NCBI GenBank assembly: GCA_030248215.1
Contig: JASANG010000957.1
Span: 62,001 to 126,000 of the forward strand
Length of the DNA stretch: 64,000 bases
Direction of reading: 5' to 3'
DNA from: Enoplolaimus lenunculus
Lineage: Eukaryota
Below, piece by piece: positions 61,826 through 64,000 of the stretch. The notes under the pieces were generated by a model. The model had not been told where the DNA came from, made no database searches, and saw only the letters and a list, made by a program, of their open reading frames with translations. Numbering within the stretch: position 1 is the stretch's first letter; every line of letters begins with the position of its first letter. The translations under genes were made by a program, and so were the position numbers.

Positions 61826-64000
61826 CTATAAAATAATAGCTTAATTGAAAAAAGTTACAAAAAATTAAACAAAACTGCAACTGCAGTGCAGCTGCAATTT
61901 GTTACAAAACGCCAATTTATTTAGATATTAAAGCTGGAACGCTCCACATACGTATTTTTGGCAGCGTTCCAAAACAAGAGTAAACAAGTCTGACAGTACA
62001 GTATTTTAATTAAATATTACAAACGTATGCGTAGCATCTAATTTCTACATATTGTTCCAAACTAGAATTTGTGCGTATAGAATGTACGTTACATAGCATA
62101 TCCTATTTTTTCCAAGTTCTGTGGTCAGTTAGACGTGCTTAATAACATTCATGCTAAAGAATTAATATTCCAGCGGTACGTCTAGTATATTATGAGAGTG
62201 AGAAGTTTGTGATTTTGACTAAGCCCGGTATCTTGTATTACGCCTTTATTGAAATAGGTTTAAGAGTGGCAGAGCTACCTACAATGAGAGTCGCACATTC
62301 GTGAAACTGTGTTGACTAATTAAGGTTAATAGCCAATATTAATGCACGGGCGTCCGAAGAAAATTATATTTGATGCATGACCGAATAATTTTGTGTGGGG
62401 TCGCTACAATTGCAATTTAGATTGTTTACTTTGACACCACGTTGATGGTTGAATTGCGCGTTTTTGCCTTGTATCAAAAGCTTGAGCGATAACGCAAGGT
62501 TATACTTTGGAATGTTGCTTTCAAAACTTAAGTACGCTTTAAAGTTTCGAGCTCAACTTCATTTGGTCCTGGAGTCATTTATGCGCTACAATTATTTATA
62601 ATTGTATTTATGCGCTCTAATTAGGGTTTAGGGACTCTATCCGCTTCCTTACTCTTATTAGGGATACGGACTCCTATTGATTGGGACTCAAAATGGAGAC
62701 CGCCTTTTATTACCCCCTCTTATTCGGGTAACTACAATATAATCATTAACTGATGCATCATCCACATTAAAGAATGTGGCCGTGTGGAAAGTGATGTTTC
62801 AATTCCGGAAATTTGCTAATTTCTCAATTAAAATTTTAGCGTGTATTGGAATTGAACATCATTTAATTTCGTTAAATTCAATAGAATGAAGATTTTAAAA
62901 TGAAATTAAAGTTCAATTCCAGTACACTACCATTCGTAAAGCGCACTGCTACTGAACTCGGCTGTGTTAACTTAGCACGAGTACAAGAATTGGTCATGAA
63001 CAAAATCGTTAAAATTCTACTGTAAGATAAATTATAAATTAATTTACTCAAGTATATTGAAATAGTATTTTATCTAAAACGACACAGTCTAGAACACGTC
63101 ACTGGTGTGCAAACAGCATTTAGAAATTTGTTTAGTTTTGAATTTCTTAAACTTAGCGTCTTTGTGAATCGTTGTTATGTAATTACGCGTTTCCTGGAAA
63201 ATTTTAATTTCTATCTGAGTAAAACAAGGACTATCGTAACAGCAAATAAAGAATGATACGCTTTAAAGAAAATGCATAAATTATAGAGAATTATATGTGC
63301 GATTTCAGAAAACTTCCATAAATTCAGAAACCTTCCATAATGTGCTATTAATAATATACTATCTGTGTATTCTGTGTATAGGCCACCCACATTGCTCTTC
63401 AACACCTATTATTTAACCCCTTTATACTTTATCCCCTGCAGTTGGTTTCGTATCCTACGCCTAAACATTACAAACTTAAGGATACGCCGATGCCTATTAA
63501 GTATAAAGCCTGGAAACGCTTAATACCTTTGATAAAACTGGAATTATCTGTTATCCAACCATAAACCCCTTTATACTTTATCCCCTGCAGTTGGTTTCGT
63601 AGCGCCGAACAATTGCTGTTTCCGTCACCGCTAAATTTTTATATCAAGTACGGGCCCGTGAATTAATCAAGACCTACGTTTCTCTTAATTGTAATTTTAG
63701 ACACATATGACTCCTTAAAACGTACAATTTTGAACTGTTGAAAGTAACCGATTTACGGAGACGCATTTTTGTCTTTCAAGCATTTCAAAATTATGTGATA
63801 GTTGTCTATTTCAAATCGACCGTGTTCAAGATGTGTCATTTGATATGAATTTTCCCAATTAATTGGAGATGGTCGCAGCCACATCGGCCATGTCTGCCTA
63901 CGCCCTTGACTCAATATAGTTGTTTTCAAGCCGAGAACTAAAGGTTCTTGCGCATAAACAGTGGCGTAGGCAAGAGGAAATACATGGGTATACCCCTTTT

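Noticed and set aside
61826..64000. Upstream cadherin exons (EC1-EC3)
   Set aside because: No convincing splice-bounded cadherin-like frame found by eye; probably beyond the window, though a short exon may have been missed

Overview
AT-rich, intron-rich eukaryotic DNA, almost certainly from a nematode: TTTCAG acceptors, (TTAGGC)n repeats, and a choline kinase matching C. elegans CKA-2 as I recall it. The window holds two convergent genes, both assembled by hand with consistent splice phases. (1) A 9-exon choline kinase on + (7705-14664, about 512 aa). (2) Thirty exons of a large single-pass cadherin on - (20811 to at least 61825, about 1375 codons in the window, 5' end not found). It has PCDH15/Cad99C-type architecture: EC3-EC11, a MAD12/SEA-like domain, TM, an EYETQ motif and a C-terminal PDZ ligand. 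Its EC9-10 junction carries a long Gly/Ser/Pro linker. Introns and intergenic DNA are packed with MITEs (CACT-type, Tc1/mariner-type, hAT-type with 8-bp TSDs, TTAA/piggyBac-type carrying a tRNA-like cassette, and about 25 MITEs carrying TTAGGC repeats). There are also two homogeneous intronic satellites (62 bp x ~57 and 41 bp x ~45). Upstream of the kinase lie three tRNA-like sequences, a CR1 fossil and an unassigned ~120-nt multi-branch structure. No database search or folding program was run; family names come from motif recognition and folds are by hand.
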